A program made the position numbers and the translations under genes. A DNA stretch of 64,000 nucleotides from a bacterium. GTDB taxonomy: Bacteria > UBA8248. Under the pieces are notes generated by a model. It was not told the DNA's origin and made no database searches. It saw only the letters and a list, made by a program, of their open reading frames with translations. The DNA lies in the NCBI GenBank assembly GCA_965199855.1, contig OZ241326.1, positions 2,594,036-2,658,035 of the forward strand, given 5' to 3'. This document shows, in pieces, positions 33,031 through 51,873 of the stretch. How positions within the stretch are numbered: position 1 is the first letter of the stretch; every line of letters begins with the position of its first letter.

Positions 33031-33498
33031 CTACCAGCGGTAATGGGCGAAAGCCTTGTTGGCCTCCGCCATGCGGTGGATGTTCTCCCTGAGGCGAACG
33101 GCGCCGCCCGTTTCGTTCGCCGCATCCATGATCTCGGCGGCGAGGCCGTTCGCTATCTTCCTGTCGCGGCTGCGGGCGTTCTGGATGATCCACCGGATGC
33201 TGAGCGCCGTGCGCCGGTCGGGCCGCACCTCCACGGGCACCTGGTAGGTGGCGCCGCCCACGCGCCGGGAGCGTACCTCGAGGGCGGGCTTCACGTTGTC
33301 CATGGCGCGCTTGAACACCTTGATGGGGTCTTCCTTCATCTTCTCCTCCACCACATCCATCGCCCCGTAGAACACGCGCTCGGCCAAGCTCTTCTTACCC
33401 TTGAGCATCAGGCAGTTGATGAACTTCGTCACCATGCGGTCGTTGAATTTCGGGTCCGGCAACACGATCCGCTTCGTGGCCCGCTTTCTTCTCGCCAT
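33031..33498 (-). CDS. rpsG: 30S ribosomal protein S7
   Basis: 155 aa. Confidence 0.95.
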   Translation of the reverse strand: MARRKRATKRIVLPDPKFNDRMVTKFINCLMLKGKKSLAERVFYGAMDVVEEKMKEDPIKVFKRAMDNVKPALEVRSRRVGGATYQVPVEVRPDRRTALSIRWIIQNARSRDRKIANGLAAEIMDAANETGGAVRLRENIHRMAEANKAFAHYRW

Positions 33499-33540
33499 GG
33501 TGAATGAGCCTCCTCGCCGACTATCCTGAAGCGCCGCCGC

Positions 33541-33915
33541 CTAGCGCGGCTTTTTGGCCCCGTATTTGGAGCGGCCGTTGCGGCGCGCCTCCACGCCCAC
33601 GCTGTCGAGCGTCCCCCGCACGACGTGATAGCGGATGCCGGGCAAATCCTTCACGCGCCCGCCCCGAATCAGGACGATGGAGTGCTCCTGAAGGTTGTGC
33701 CCCTCGCCCGGGATGTAAGTGGTCACCTCCATGCCGTTGGTGAGCCGCACGCGCGCCACTTTCCGAAGCGCCGAGTTCGGCTTCTTGGGCGTCGTGGTAT
33801 AGACCCGCACGCACACGCCGCGCTTCTGAGGGCAGTTCCTGAGCGCCGGGCTGTCGGTCTTCGCCTGAATCCGCTTGCGGCCCTTGCGTATCAACTGGCT
33901 GATCGTCGGCGCCAT
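33541..33915 (-). CDS. rpsL: 30S ribosomal protein S12
   Basis: Listed GTG-start ORF trimmed to ATG ([14 protein letters not shown]...) with GGGGUGAGG RBS. Confidence 0.95.
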   Translation of the reverse strand: MAPTISQLIRKGRKRIQAKTDSPALRNCPQKRGVCVRVYTTTPKKPNSALRKVARVRLTNGMEVTTYIPGEGHNLQEHSIVLIRGGRVKDLPGIRYHVVRGTLDSVGVEARRNGRSKYGAKKPR

Positions 33916-34117
33916 TCGCCTCACCCCAAAGTCTGAAAAAGCCGCCTCAAAAATCGTCCGCTTTCGATATCAAAGCGTTCTTCGCCCTCATCTCGGGACG
34001 CTTGAATCGCTTTCAGCCACATCCCGAGACGGGACGATCAAGTATCCATAATTATTTCAACTACTTACAAGGCTTCTGCGAACCCGGAAGTGAAGCTCGC
34101 CAGCCAAGGAAGCGGCG

Positions 34118-34145
34118 ATTATAGCCAGACTCGCACGCTTGTCAA
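34118..34145 (-). promoter_or_regulatory. Consensus sigma70-type promoter of the str operon (TTGACA-N16-TATAAT) with AT-rich UP-like element; ~185-nt leader to rpsL
   Basis: rc of 34140-34145 = TTGACA, rc of 34118-34123 = TATAAT, 16-nt spacer; lies just downstream of rpoC stop. Confidence 0.6.
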
Positions 34146-34180
34146 CCTTGATCGCTCGAAAAATACGGATTTTCAAGGAG

Positions 34181-38335
<4,155 letters not shown>

Positions 38336-38415
38336 TTCAACCCTCCTTGGCGGCGGACGCGCCGCCTTCTGGGCGCCGGCGGCGGATCCGCCGGAGAAGC
38401 GGTATGACGCCGCGG

Positions 38416-42468
<4,053 letters not shown>

Positions 42469-42500
42469 GCAGGCTCACCTCAAAGATGGGGGCGATTCCA

Positions 42501-42529
42501 GTAAAGCGCCGGCGCGGCTTCGGCCGGCG
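42501..42529 (-). promoter_or_regulatory. Candidate rplL-rpoB attenuator (GC hairpin CGCCGGC...GCCGGCG followed by CUUUAC)
   Basis: 7-bp GC stem with 9-nt loop in the 91-nt rplL-rpoB spacer; analogous position to the E. coli rplL-rpoB attenuator. Confidence 0.35.
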
Positions 42530-42559
42530 AAGACCAGGTCATCACTTCCCGGGTGAGCC

Positions 42560-42943
42560 TTATGTGATTTCCACCTCCGCGCCGACCTCTTTGAGCTTCT
42601 CGGCGGCGGCTTCGGCGTCTTCCTTGGGCACCGACTCCACCACCGCCTGCGGGGCGCCCTCCACCAGCTCCTTCGCCTCCTTGAGGCCGAGGCTGGTCAG
42701 TTCGCGCACGGTTTTGATGACCTTGATCTTCTCGGAGCCGAAGGCTTTGAGGGTGACGGTGAACTCCGTCTTCTCCTCCTCCGCCTCGCCCGCGTCGCCG
42801 CCCGCGGCTGCTCCCGCGCCCGCCACCATCATGGGCGCGGCGGCGGATACGCCGAACTTCTCCTCGAGCTCCTTGACGAAATCGCTCAACTCCATCACCG
42901 TCATGTTCTCGATGTAGTCAATTACTTCCTCTTTGGTCGCCAC
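42560..42943 (-). CDS. rplL: 50S ribosomal protein L7/L12
   Basis: 127 aa. Confidence 0.95.
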   Translation of the reverse strand: MATKEEVIDYIENMTVMELSDFVKELEEKFGVSAAAPMMVAGAGAAAGGDAGEAEEEKTEFTVTLKAFGSEKIKVIKTVRELTSLGLKEAKELVEGAPQAVVESVPKEDAEAAAEKLKEVGAEVEIT

Positions 42944-43047
42944 AATTCCGCCCCTTTTCAGCGTTCACGATAACCATGGGCCAAGTCATGGCCCTTTATT
43001 TCGGAAAATTCGCCGCAGGTCCCCCTTTCCGGAGCCAATCGCGTATT

Positions 43048-43614
43048 TTACGCCGATTCCTTCTTTTTAGCAATCGCATCGACGACGTTCACCAGCTGGC
43101 CCAGAACGCCGTTCAGCAACCTCGGCAGGCCCGCCACGGGCGCCTGCAAGGTACCGAGCAGGCTGGCGAGAAGCGCCTCGCGCGGGGGCAAGGCGGCCAG
43201 CGCCTCCACCTCGGCGCTCTCCAGGAACATGCCATCCAGAACGCCGCCCTTGATCGCGCCGACGGATTCGCCCTTCACGAAATCCTTGAGCAGCTTGGCG
43301 GGAACCGCGGGGTCGCCCTCGGTCGTCGCTATGGAGACCGGCCCGACGAACCGCCCCCGCAGTTCCTCGAAATCCGTCCCTTCTACCGCGCGCTCGGCGA
43401 GCGAGTTCTTGACGACGGAAAGCCGGACGCCCGCTTCTCGCGTCCGCCTGCGCAGCGCCGTCATCTGGGCGACGCTCAGCCCGCGATAGTCGAACAGCAC
43501 CAGGGAGGCGGTCTCCTCGAAGCGCTTCTGAAGCGCCTCCACCGCCTCGACCTTGTCTTCGCGCGGCGCCTTGCCCGCCGCCAGCCTGCCTTTTTGCGCA
43601 ACGACCGTCGCCAT
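43048..43614 (-). CDS. rplJ: 50S ribosomal protein L10
   Basis: 188 aa. Confidence 0.9.
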   Translation of the reverse strand: MATVVAQKGRLAAGKAPREDKVEAVEALQKRFEETASLVLFDYRGLSVAQMTALRRRTREAGVRLSVVKNSLAERAVEGTDFEELRGRFVGPVSIATTEGDPAVPAKLLKDFVKGESVGAIKGGVLDGMFLESAEVEALAALPPREALLASLLGTLQAPVAGLPRLLNGVLGQLVNVVDAIAKKKESA

Positions 43615-43626
43615 GTCCGCGACTCC

Positions 43627-44331
43627 CTACTTCAGCGCCGCGAGAAGCGACTGGTGATTGACCCGGACGCCTGGGCCCATCGTGCTCGCAATGGAGAGGC
43701 TCCGGAAATACACCCCTTTGCTCGCCGCGGGCTTCGCGCGAACGAGGGCGTCCACGACGGCCGAGACGTTCTCGGCGAGCGCAACCCCCTCAAAGCTCAC
43801 CTTCCCCACCGGGGCGTGCACGATGCCCGCCTTGTCCACCCGGTATTCCACCTTGCCCGCCTTGATCTCCCGGACCATGCGTCCCACGTCGAAGGAGACG
43901 GTGCCGGACTTCGGATTCGGCATCATGCCGCGCGGCCCGAGCAGCCGTCCGAGCTTGCCCACGACGCTCATGACGTCGGGCGTCGCCACCACGCGGTCGA
44001 AATCCATCCAGCCGCCCTGTATCTTCTCGGCCAGATCGTCCGCGCCCACGTGGTCGGCGCCCGCCTCCCGGGCCTCGGCCACCTTCTCGCCCTTGGCGAA
44101 CGCCGCGACGCGCTCCTCCTTGCCGATGCCGTTGGGAAGAACGACGCTCCCCCTCACCATCTGATCCGCGTGGCGGGGGTCCACGCCCAGCTTCGCGGTG
44201 ATCTCGACCGTCTCGTCAAACTTCGCGGAAGAAACCTCCTTCACCAGATCCACGGCTTCGGAGAGGTCGTGAAGCTTCTCCCTCTCGATCCGCTCGCGGG
44301 CTTCCTTGTATTTCCTGCCGCGCCGGGGCAT
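43627..44331 (-). CDS. rplA: 50S ribosomal protein L1
   Basis: 234 aa. Confidence 0.95.
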   Translation of the reverse strand: MPRRGRKYKEARERIEREKLHDLSEAVDLVKEVSSAKFDETVEITAKLGVDPRHADQMVRGSVVLPNGIGKEERVAAFAKGEKVAEAREAGADHVGADDLAEKIQGGWMDFDRVVATPDVMSVVGKLGRLLGPRGMMPNPKSGTVSFDVGRMVREIKAGKVEYRVDKAGIVHAPVGKVSFEGVALAENVSAVVDALVRAKPAASKGVYFRSLSIASTMGPGVRVNHQSLLAALK

Positions 44332-44518
44332 TTCTCACCTCCTCCATCGTGGTTCGAGCGGCGCGCGAACCGAGGCGCCTCCCACTTCGCTCAAAAACCC
44401 GCTGCAAGCGTCCACCTGAGCGGATTCGCGCCCTCCTCGCCGGGAGAAACGCGGCAAGCGGGAGAATATGCGCTTCCTCCGCCAAAGAATCAACCCCTCG
44501 CGCCATCCCGGCGCCGGA
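44332..44518 (-). promoter_or_regulatory. 187-nt rplK-rplA intercistronic region; candidate L1 autoregulatory mRNA structure/leader
   Basis: Unusually long spacer here while rplA-rplJ spacer is only 12 nt; GC-rich with GGAGGAGG RBS for rplA. Confidence 0.25.
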
Positions 44519-44944
44519 CTACCCGCTGACCTCGATTCCCATGCTCCGCGCCGTCCCCTCGATGATGCGGACGGCGCCTTCCAGGTCCGCGCTGTTCAAA
44601 TCCTCTTTCTTGATCTCCGCTATCTCCTCGAGCTGCGCGCGCGTCACGGTTCCCACCCCCTCACGGCCGGGCTCCGAGGATCCTTTCGCCAGAGCGGCGG
44701 CCTGCTTCAGCAGGGCCGAGGCGGGCGGACTCTTCATGATGAAGGTGAAGCTCTTGTCCGCATAGACAGAGATGACGACCGGGATAATGGCGCCCTCCCG
44801 CCCCTGCGTCTGGGCGTTGAAGGCCTTGCAGAACTCCATGATGTTCACGCCCTGCTGGCCGAGGGCGGGCCCGACGGGCGGGGCGGGATTCGCCTGGCCG
44901 GCCGGAATTTGAAGCTTGATGACGCCAACCGCTTCCTTCGCCAT
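44519..44944 (-). CDS. rplK: 50S ribosomal protein L11
   Basis: 141 aa [38 protein letters not shown]... Confidence 0.95.
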   Translation of the reverse strand: MAKEAVGVIKLQIPAGQANPAPPVGPALGQQGVNIMEFCKAFNAQTQGREGAIIPVVISVYADKSFTFIMKSPPASALLKQAAALAKGSSEPGREGVGTVTRAQLEEIAEIKKEDLNSADLEGAVRIIEGTARSMGIEVSG

Positions 44945-44956
44945 GTTTCCTCCTGC

Positions 44957-45511
44957 CTAAACCTTCTCCACCTGGAGCATCTCGAGTTCCACGGGCGTCG
45001 GGCGGCCGAAGATGCTGACCATGACCTTGAGCTTCCCCCTCTCGGCCTGCACCTCGTCGATCTCGCCGGTGAAATTCACGAAAGGCCCGTCAATCACCCG
45101 GATGTTCTCGCCCTTCTCGAAATCGATCTTGGGCTTGGGCTTCTCGGCCTCTCCGCGTATCTGCTTGAAAATGTTGTCGCGCTCGGCCTCCGAGAGCCAG
45201 CTCGGAGAGGTTCCGCCCAGAAAGCCCGTCACCTTCGGGGTGTTGTTGACGATGTGCCAGAACTCTATCGGAATCTCGCCCGTCTCCTCGTCGCACTCCA
45301 TTTCGATCAGGATGTAGCCGGGAAAGAATTTGCGGGAAATCTTGCGTCTCTTCCCGCCCTTCACCGTCTCCACCTGCTCGGTGGGCACCACGACTTCACC
45401 GAGAGCCTCCGCGTAGGGCTGTCCGCGAAACTGCTCCTCAATGGAGAGCTTCACCTTGTTCTCGAAGCCCGAGTAGGTGTGCACCACATACCACTTCTTC
45501 GACATGCGCAA
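44957..45511 (-). CDS. nusG: Transcription termination/antitermination factor NusG
   Basis: 184 aa, NGN + KOW. Confidence 0.95.
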   Translation of the reverse strand: MRMSKKWYVVHTYSGFENKVKLSIEEQFRGQPYAEALGEVVVPTEQVETVKGGKRRKISRKFFPGYILIEMECDEETGEIPIEFWHIVNNTPKVTGFLGGTSPSWLSEAERDNIFKQIRGEAEKPKPKIDFEKGENIRVIDGPFVNFTGEIDEVQAERGKLKVMVSIFGRPTPVELEMLQVEKV

Positions 45512-45519
45512 AACTCCGG

Positions 45520-45732
45520 CTAGATGCCGAAATCAAGAAGGTAGCCGATCAGGCGGGACAGCCCCAGATCGACGAGGCCCAGATAGACCGCGATGATGAA
45601 GACGAACACGAGCGCAACTGCCGTCTGGGCCGCCGTCTGGCGAAAATCCAGCCACGTCACGCGCTTCGCCTCGCTCTGCACGTCCCGCAGGAAGGCGCGC
45701 CCGTCATGAATCCAGCCCATCACCTTGTTCAT
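45520..45732 (-). CDS. secE: Preprotein translocase subunit SecE
   Basis: 70 aa, single C-terminal TM. Confidence 0.9.
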   Translation of the reverse strand: MNKVMGWIHDGRAFLRDVQSEAKRVTWLDFRQTAAQTAVALVFVFIIAVYLGLVDLGLSRLIGYLLDFGI

Positions 45733-45781
45733 TCATCCGCTCTGCCCGGCCGCTCGCGGCCGGGATTCGACATTCGGTTCA

Positions 45782-45857
45782 TGGCAGGCCAGGAGGGACT
45801 CGAACCCCCAACCGCCGGATTTGGAGTCCGGTGCTCTGCCGATTGAGCCACTGGCCT
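45782..45857 (-). tRNA. tRNA-Trp (anticodon CCA)
   Basis: rc = AGGCCAGTGGCTCAATCGGCAGAGCACCGGACTCCAAATCCGG...CTGGCCTGCCA; cloverleaf with CCA anticodon and encoded 3' CCA; classic tuf-tRNATrp-secE position. Confidence 0.9.
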
Positions 45858-45903
45858 CTGAAAACCCCCGCGCCACGAAAGGATCAAGCCCCTCCCGCGC
45901 GAT

Positions 45904-47114
<1,211 letters not shown>

Positions 47115-47212
47115 AGCCCAGTGAACCCCCGGAAACAACCCCAGCCGCGGGAGGGAAACGCCGCAACTCCTCACACTCGTTCGCGGAAGCAGTCGCCGCC
47201 GGAAAACGCGCC

Positions 47213-47242
47213 TTTATACCCGCTTGGCCGAAGCCTTGTCCA
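47213..47242 (-). promoter_or_regulatory. Candidate internal promoter for tuf copy 2 (TGGACA-N18-TATAAA)
   Basis: rc of 47237-47242 = TGGACA, rc of 47213-47218 = TATAAA in the 260-nt tRNA-tuf spacer. Confidence 0.3.
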
Positions 47243-47343
47243 ACGCGAACGGGAGAACCTGAGAACACCTCGGATTCCAAGGCCTCCACGCGGCTCGCAG
47301 GATAGCGTGAGAACCTCAAAAGCTCAACGAATTCCGCCTGCCC

Positions 47344-47419
47344 TGGAGCCCACGACCGGACTTGAACCGGTGACCTCTTCCTTACCAAGGAAGTGCTCTG
47401 CCGGCTGAGCTACGTGGGC
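47344..47419 (-). tRNA. tRNA-Thr (anticodon GGT)
   Basis: rc = GCCCACGTAGCTCAGCCGGCAGAGCACTTCCTTGGTAAGGAAG...CGTGGGCTCCA. Confidence 0.9.
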
Positions 47420-47551
47420 CGGCGCGGGCTACGGCTTTCTTCAACCCGAAGCCGCTCTTTCGGGCGATGAACTCCCGACGCCCGTCCCGGGCGAATAATA
47501 CAGCTTCTCGCGCCCCCGACAACCCCGGGAGCCGAAGCCTCGAAATTCTCC

Positions 47552-47627
47552 TGGAGCGGGAAACGGGGCTCGAACCCGCGACCCTCAGCTTGGAAGGCTG
47601 ATGCTCTACCAACTGAGCTATTCCCGC
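47552..47627 (-). tRNA. tRNA-Gly (anticodon TCC)
   Basis: rc = GCGGGAATAGCTCAGTTGGTAGAGCATCAGCCTTCCAAGCTGA...TTCCCGCTCCA. Confidence 0.9.
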
Positions 47628-47674
47628 GCCTGAATCCTGAGCGTCCGCTCTCGCCGCCTGGGCGAGTCATCCGT

Positions 47675-47759
47675 TGGTGGGGAGGGGAGGATTCGAACCT
47701 CCGAAGGCTGAGCCGTCAGATTTACAGTCTGATCCCTTTGGCCACTCGGGAACCTCCCC
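47675..47759 (-). tRNA. tRNA-Tyr (anticodon GTA), long variable arm
   Basis: rc = GGGGAGGTTCCCGAGTGGCCAAAGGGATCAGACTGTAAATCTGACGGCTCAGCCTTCGGAGGTTCGAATCCTCCCCTCCCCACCA. Confidence 0.9.
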
Positions 47760-47892
47760 TGAAGTCCGCCGTCCGTCATCCATGACAAGCCGGCTTGCGG
47801 GCCGCCGCGTCCGCCGAAATCAAGAGTGAGGAAAGCGGAGGAAGCGGAACGCCCGACGTTCGCCGCGGGGATTCCGGCGTCCAAATCCCGCC

Positions 47893-47968
47893 GTGGAGCT
47901 GGCGAGAGGACTCGAACCTCCGACCTGCTGATTACAAATCAGCCGCTCTACCCGCTGAGCTACGCCAG
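47893..47968 (-). tRNA. tRNA-Thr (anticodon TGT)
   Basis: rc = GCTGGCGTAGCTCAGCGGGTAGAGCGGCTGATTTGTAATCAGC...CGCCAGCTCCA. Confidence 0.9.
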
Positions 47969-47984
47969 CCGACAAGGGCGAGGC

Positions 47985-48013
47985 AAATTAGGCGCGCAGG
48001 CCCGTTTTGTCAA
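47985..48013 (-). promoter_or_regulatory. Promoter of the tRNA(Thr-Tyr-Gly-Thr)-tuf operon (TTGACA-N17-TAATTT with upstream A-rich UP-like element)
   Basis: rc of 48008-48013 = TTGACA; rc of 47985-47990 = TAATTT; predicted TSS ~10 nt upstream of tRNA-Thr 5' end. Confidence 0.55.
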
Positions 48014-48230
48014 CCCTTTCTTTTTCTTGTCGGGCGGCGGGCGAGCGCGGGACGAGAACGTCGCGGGCGACTGCTCAGGCGGCTGAACGATTTTGTGCCT
48101 GACGCGCAGCATCTTCGCAAGCGCCGGCAAATCGACGGGGAGCTTCGATTCGGTCACAAGCAATGCGCGGACGGGCCGACGGCCGGGCAAGTTCTCGTCC
48201 TTGGCGCGAAGCTGAGCGCAGAGGACGGCT

Positions 48231-48860
48231 CTATATTTGACGCACTATGCGAAGGTAAATGCCGCGTTCAAGATCGGTGCTATTCTTGACCTCTACTGCC
48301 ACGGTCGCATTTTCTACGTATATCACCACGTCAATGCGGTCGCCCGACAGGAGTTCCACCTCCGTCTCCGCCCTGGCGCCGTCAAGCCGCTCCTCAGACT
48401 TTGCCGGATTGTCCTTCACCCACAATTTCTGCTTTTTAATGATTCTCGCCTTCGCCCCTGCGGCCTGCGCTGCAAGCCATCCATCTCCGTTCCCCCGGTT
48501 TCGGGCGAGTTGGGGGCATCATCTCCGTCGGCAATACCTTCGGGGCTAGATTTTTGGAACTCGATATTCAAATACGGGAATTTGGCGTTAATCGTCTCGG
48601 CGGCACGCACCGCATCTCTTGCGTCAGGTTTCTTATATTTTCTTCCACTGGGAACTCAAAACGTATATTTCGTCGCCGTAGGGAATCATGTCGGTTTCTT
48701 TGATAAAAAAACGGGCAAGGTTCCCGGGATCCTTCGCTTTCAGTTTTTTTGAATTTCTTCGGTACCGAGCTTGCCGCCTAAGACTTGAAACAATCCTCTC
48801 CTCCCCAGCGTTTCTTCAACTTTTTCTGGCGCAACGCCCTTTTTCAATGCGCGGGAGTAT
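48231..48860 (-). pseudogene. Decayed low-GC ORF remnant (several frameshifts/stops); possible PD-(D/E)xK-like nuclease fragment
   Basis: Successive short minus-strand ORF fragments in different frames (…GVAPEKVEETLGRRGLFQVLGG… / MIPYGDEIYVLSSQWKKI / …AETINAKFPYLNIEFQKSSPEGIADGDDAP… / …GDRIDVVIYVENATVAVEVKNSTDLERG…), overlapping ends consistent with frameshifts; GC far below genome average. Confidence 0.3.
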
Positions 48861-48987
48861 AATGAATAACATCATCCGCGCCTTTGCCCAGTGCCTTTTT
48901 TCGCTCACTTTGTATGTTATCTTTTGCCAATTCCCGCTTTCCTCTCCCCAAGTTGGATACCGTGGGTTGGAGCATGTACCGGTTCCG

Positions 48988-49746
48988 TCAAACGCTCCCG
49001 CCAGCCCCCCTTAGCCCGTACAACAGAATCGCCGCGGCGACGGAGGCATTGAGAGAGGAGACGGCGCCCGCCTCGATGGGGATTCTCACGCGCATGTCGC
49101 ATTTCTCAAGAACCAGCCGCCGCACCCCTCTGCCCTCCGCCCCGACCACCAGCGCGCATGGTCGGGGAAATTCGTCCGCGCCCAGCGTCTTCTCGCCGCG
49201 CGCGTCCGCCGCCAGCGCCCAGTAGCCCGCCTCCTTGAGGGTCGAGACGGAGCGGGCCAGGTTCGGCACCCGCGCGAGCGGCAGGACTTCCAGCGCGCCC
49301 GAGGCCGCCTTCGCCACAGCGGGGGTGAGGGCCGCGGCTCCATCCTTCGGCCAGACGACCCCGCCCGCCCCCAGCGCCACCGCGCTCCTGAGAATAGCGC
49401 CGAAATTCCTGGGGTCCTGCACCCCGTCCAGCAGGAGGATGGGGAGCGCCGCCTCGGGCTGGCGCTCTATCATATCTTCAAGAGAGAGCAGGAGGGTCGG
49501 AACCACCTCGGCGACCAAGTTCTGATGCCGCGCGCCGGCGGCCTTCTCGTCGAGCTGCGGGAGGGGCAGCGTCTCTACGGGAATTCCCTGCGATTCCGCG
49601 AGCCGAACCGCTTGGGCGATCCTCCCGCTCCGACGCCCGTCCGCCACGAACAAACGCCTGACCCGCACGGGCCCGCGCTCCAGGGCCGCCAGCGCGCTGT
49701 GCGTCCCGCAGACGCATTCAGGCGCGGCGCGCCTGCCCGCCGCCAA
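48988..49746 (-). CDS. rlmB: 23S rRNA (guanosine-2'-O-)-methyltransferase RlmB (SpoU/TrmH family)
   Basis: 252 aa; SpoU motifs LLLDGVQDPRNFGAILRSA, VVGAEGRGV, IPIEAGAVSSLNASVAAAILLY. Confidence 0.85.
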   Translation of the reverse strand: MAAGRRAAPECVCGTHSALAALERGPVRVRRLFVADGRRSGRIAQAVRLAESQGIPVETLPLPQLDEKAAGARHQNLVAEVVPTLLLSLEDMIERQPEAALPILLLDGVQDPRNFGAILRSAVALGAGGVVWPKDGAAALTPAVAKAASGALEVLPLARVPNLARSVSTLKEAGYWALAADARGEKTLGADEFPRPCALVVGAEGRGVRRLVLEKCDMRVRIPIEAGAVSSLNASVAAAILLYGLRGAGGSV

Positions 49747-49747
49747 A

Positions 49748-51292
49748 TCAGACCTTTCGCTTCCAGAGGGTGCCGCCCGGGCCGTCCTCCAGAACGACGC
49801 CGGCGTCCGAGAGCTCCTCTCGGATGCGGTCGGCTTCGGAGAAGTCCTTGTTCGAGCGCGCCTGCGCGCGCCGGCTCAGAAGCGTCTCGATCTCCTCGTC
49901 GGACAGGGCGCCGTTCGGAGCGGCGCCGCCTTCGGCGAGCGCGGCGCTTCGGAACCACGCATCGGGCGCGTGGGCGAAGAGGCCCAGAACCGCGCCCGCT
50001 TCCTCGAAAACCGCGCGGGCGGGCGCGGCCGCCGACTCGGGAAGCACCCCCCCCGCCTGGCTGATGAGTCCGTTGACCCGGCGCGCGAAGTCGAACAGAT
50101 GCCCCAGGGCGCGCGCGGTGTTGAAGTCGTCGTCCATCGTCTCCGTAAAGCGGACGCGGAAGGTGGCGGCCGCCTCCTCGACCTTCTCCTTCCAGCCGCC
50201 TGAATCCTCCCCGCCCGTCCGGGCGAGCCTGAGCCGCACGTTGTAGAGGCGATCCAGCCCCTTGCGCGCCTCGCCCATGACCCGATCCGAATAGTCCACC
50301 GGATGCCGGTAGTGCGCCCCCAGCAGGAAATACCGGATCGCCTCGGGGGGATAATCCTCCAGAATCGCCTTGATGGTGAAGAAGTTCCCCTTCGACTTGC
50401 TCATCTTCTCGTGGTTGATCCGCACGAAGCCGTTGTGCATCCAGTAGCGCACCCAGTCGTGGCCGAAACAGCCCTCGCTCTGGGCGATTTCGTTCTCGTG
50501 GTGGGGGAATACGAGGTCCTCGCCGCCGCCGTGGATGTCGAACCTCTCGCCCAGGTGGCGGCTCGACATGACGGAGCACTCGATGTGCCAGCCGGGGCGG
50601 CCCGCCCCCCAAGGGCTCTCCCACTCCGGCTCGCCCGGCTTCGCCGCCTTCCAGAGGGCGAAGTCGAGCGGGTTGCGCTTGCCCTCGCCGGGCTCGACGC
50701 GGTGGCCCGCCTCGAGCTCCTCCGTGTTCCGACCCGAGAGCTTCCCGTAGCCCGGAAATTTCGCCACGTCGTAATAGACGCTGCCCGCCACCTCGTAGGC
50801 GAATCCCTTGTTCAGCAGTTCCGAGATCATCTTGATCATGCCCTCGATGTTCTCGGTGGCGCGGGGAGCGGCGTCCGCCCGCCGAACGCCGAGGGCGTCC
50901 ATGTCGGCGTAGTATTCCCCGATGAACCTCTCGGTCAGCTCGTGGATGGGGGTCTTCAGGCGTCTGGCGCGCGCGATGATCTTGTCGTCCACATCCGTGA
51001 AGTTGCAGACGAAGAGCACCTCGTGGCCGCGATATTCGAGATAGCGGCGAACCACGTCGAAGACGATGGCGGCGCGCGCGTGGCCCAGGTGGCAGTGGTC
51101 GTAGACCGTCACCCCGCACACGTACATCTTCACGCGCCCCGGCTCAAGGGGCTCCAGGGGCTCCTTCTTCCCACTCAGCGTGTTGTATAGCCGAACGCCC
51201 AAGTGGCTTTCTCCGGAATTCGCGCGAATGAGGGTCGGAAGTCGAAAAACGGGCCGGCGCGCCGGGCCCGCGCCCGGCGGGGAACTTGTCAT
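49748..51292 (-). CDS. cysS: Cysteine--tRNA ligase
   Basis: 514 aa; HIGH (CHLGHARA) and KMSKS motifs. Confidence 0.95.
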   Translation of the reverse strand: MTSSPPGAGPARRPVFRLPTLIRANSGESHLGVRLYNTLSGKKEPLEPLEPGRVKMYVCGVTVYDHCHLGHARAAIVFDVVRRYLEYRGHEVLFVCNFTDVDDKIIARARRLKTPIHELTERFIGEYYADMDALGVRRADAAPRATENIEGMIKMISELLNKGFAYEVAGSVYYDVAKFPGYGKLSGRNTEELEAGHRVEPGEGKRNPLDFALWKAAKPGEPEWESPWGAGRPGWHIECSVMSSRHLGERFDIHGGGEDLVFPHHENEIAQSEGCFGHDWVRYWMHNGFVRINHEKMSKSKGNFFTIKAILEDYPPEAIRYFLLGAHYRHPVDYSDRVMGEARKGLDRLYNVRLRLARTGGEDSGGWKEKVEEAAATFRVRFTETMDDDFNTARALGHLFDFARRVNGLISQAGGVLPESAAAPARAVFEEAGAVLGLFAHAPDAWFRSAALAEGGAAPNGALSDEEIETLLSRRAQARSNKDFSEADRIREELSDAGVVLEDGPGGTLWKRKV

Positions 51293-51308
51293 GCCGCGAG
51301 GAGGGTCG

Positions 51309-51818
51309 TCAAGGCGAGAGCATCCGTATCGTGCAGACCGCCTGCGCCGCGACTCCCTCCTCGCGTCCGGCGAAGCCCAGACCCTCGCTCGTGGTCGCCT
51401 TGATTCCCACCATGCCGGGGGAGACGCCCAGCGTCTCCGAGAGCGCCTCGCGCATCGCGGGAATCCAGGGCGCGAGCCTGGGCCTTTGCGCCACGACCAC
51501 GGCGTCCACGTTCCAGGGCCTCATCCCCGCTTCATCAAGAAGCCCCACCACGCTCGCCAGGAGCTCCCGGCTGTCCGCGTCCCGATACGCCTCGTCCGCG
51601 TCGGGAAAGTGCTGTCCGATGTCGCCCAGGGCCGCCGCGCCCAGCAGGGCGTCGCAAATCGCGTGGGTGAGCGCGTCGGCGTCCGAGTGCCCGGCCAGAC
51701 CCCGCTCGTGGGGAATCTCCACCCCGCCCAGCACCAGACGGCGGCCCGCCTCGAAGCGATGAACGTCGCAGCCAATGCCGACCCGGATCAAAGGCGCCTC
51801 TCCGCTTCCCGCGCTCAT
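51309..51818 (-). CDS. ispF: 2-C-methyl-D-erythritol 2,4-cyclodiphosphate synthase
   Basis: 169 aa; [31 protein letters not shown]. Confidence 0.9.
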   Translation of the reverse strand: MSAGSGEAPLIRVGIGCDVHRFEAGRRLVLGGVEIPHERGLAGHSDADALTHAICDALLGAAALGDIGQHFPDADEAYRDADSRELLASVVGLLDEAGMRPWNVDAVVVAQRPRLAPWIPAMREALSETLGVSPGMVGIKATTSEGLGFAGREEGVAAQAVCTIRMLSP

Positions 51819-51873
51819 CGAAGCTCCATCCGGCGGCGCGCGTCACGCCGGACGAAGGGCGCGCGCGGCGCGC

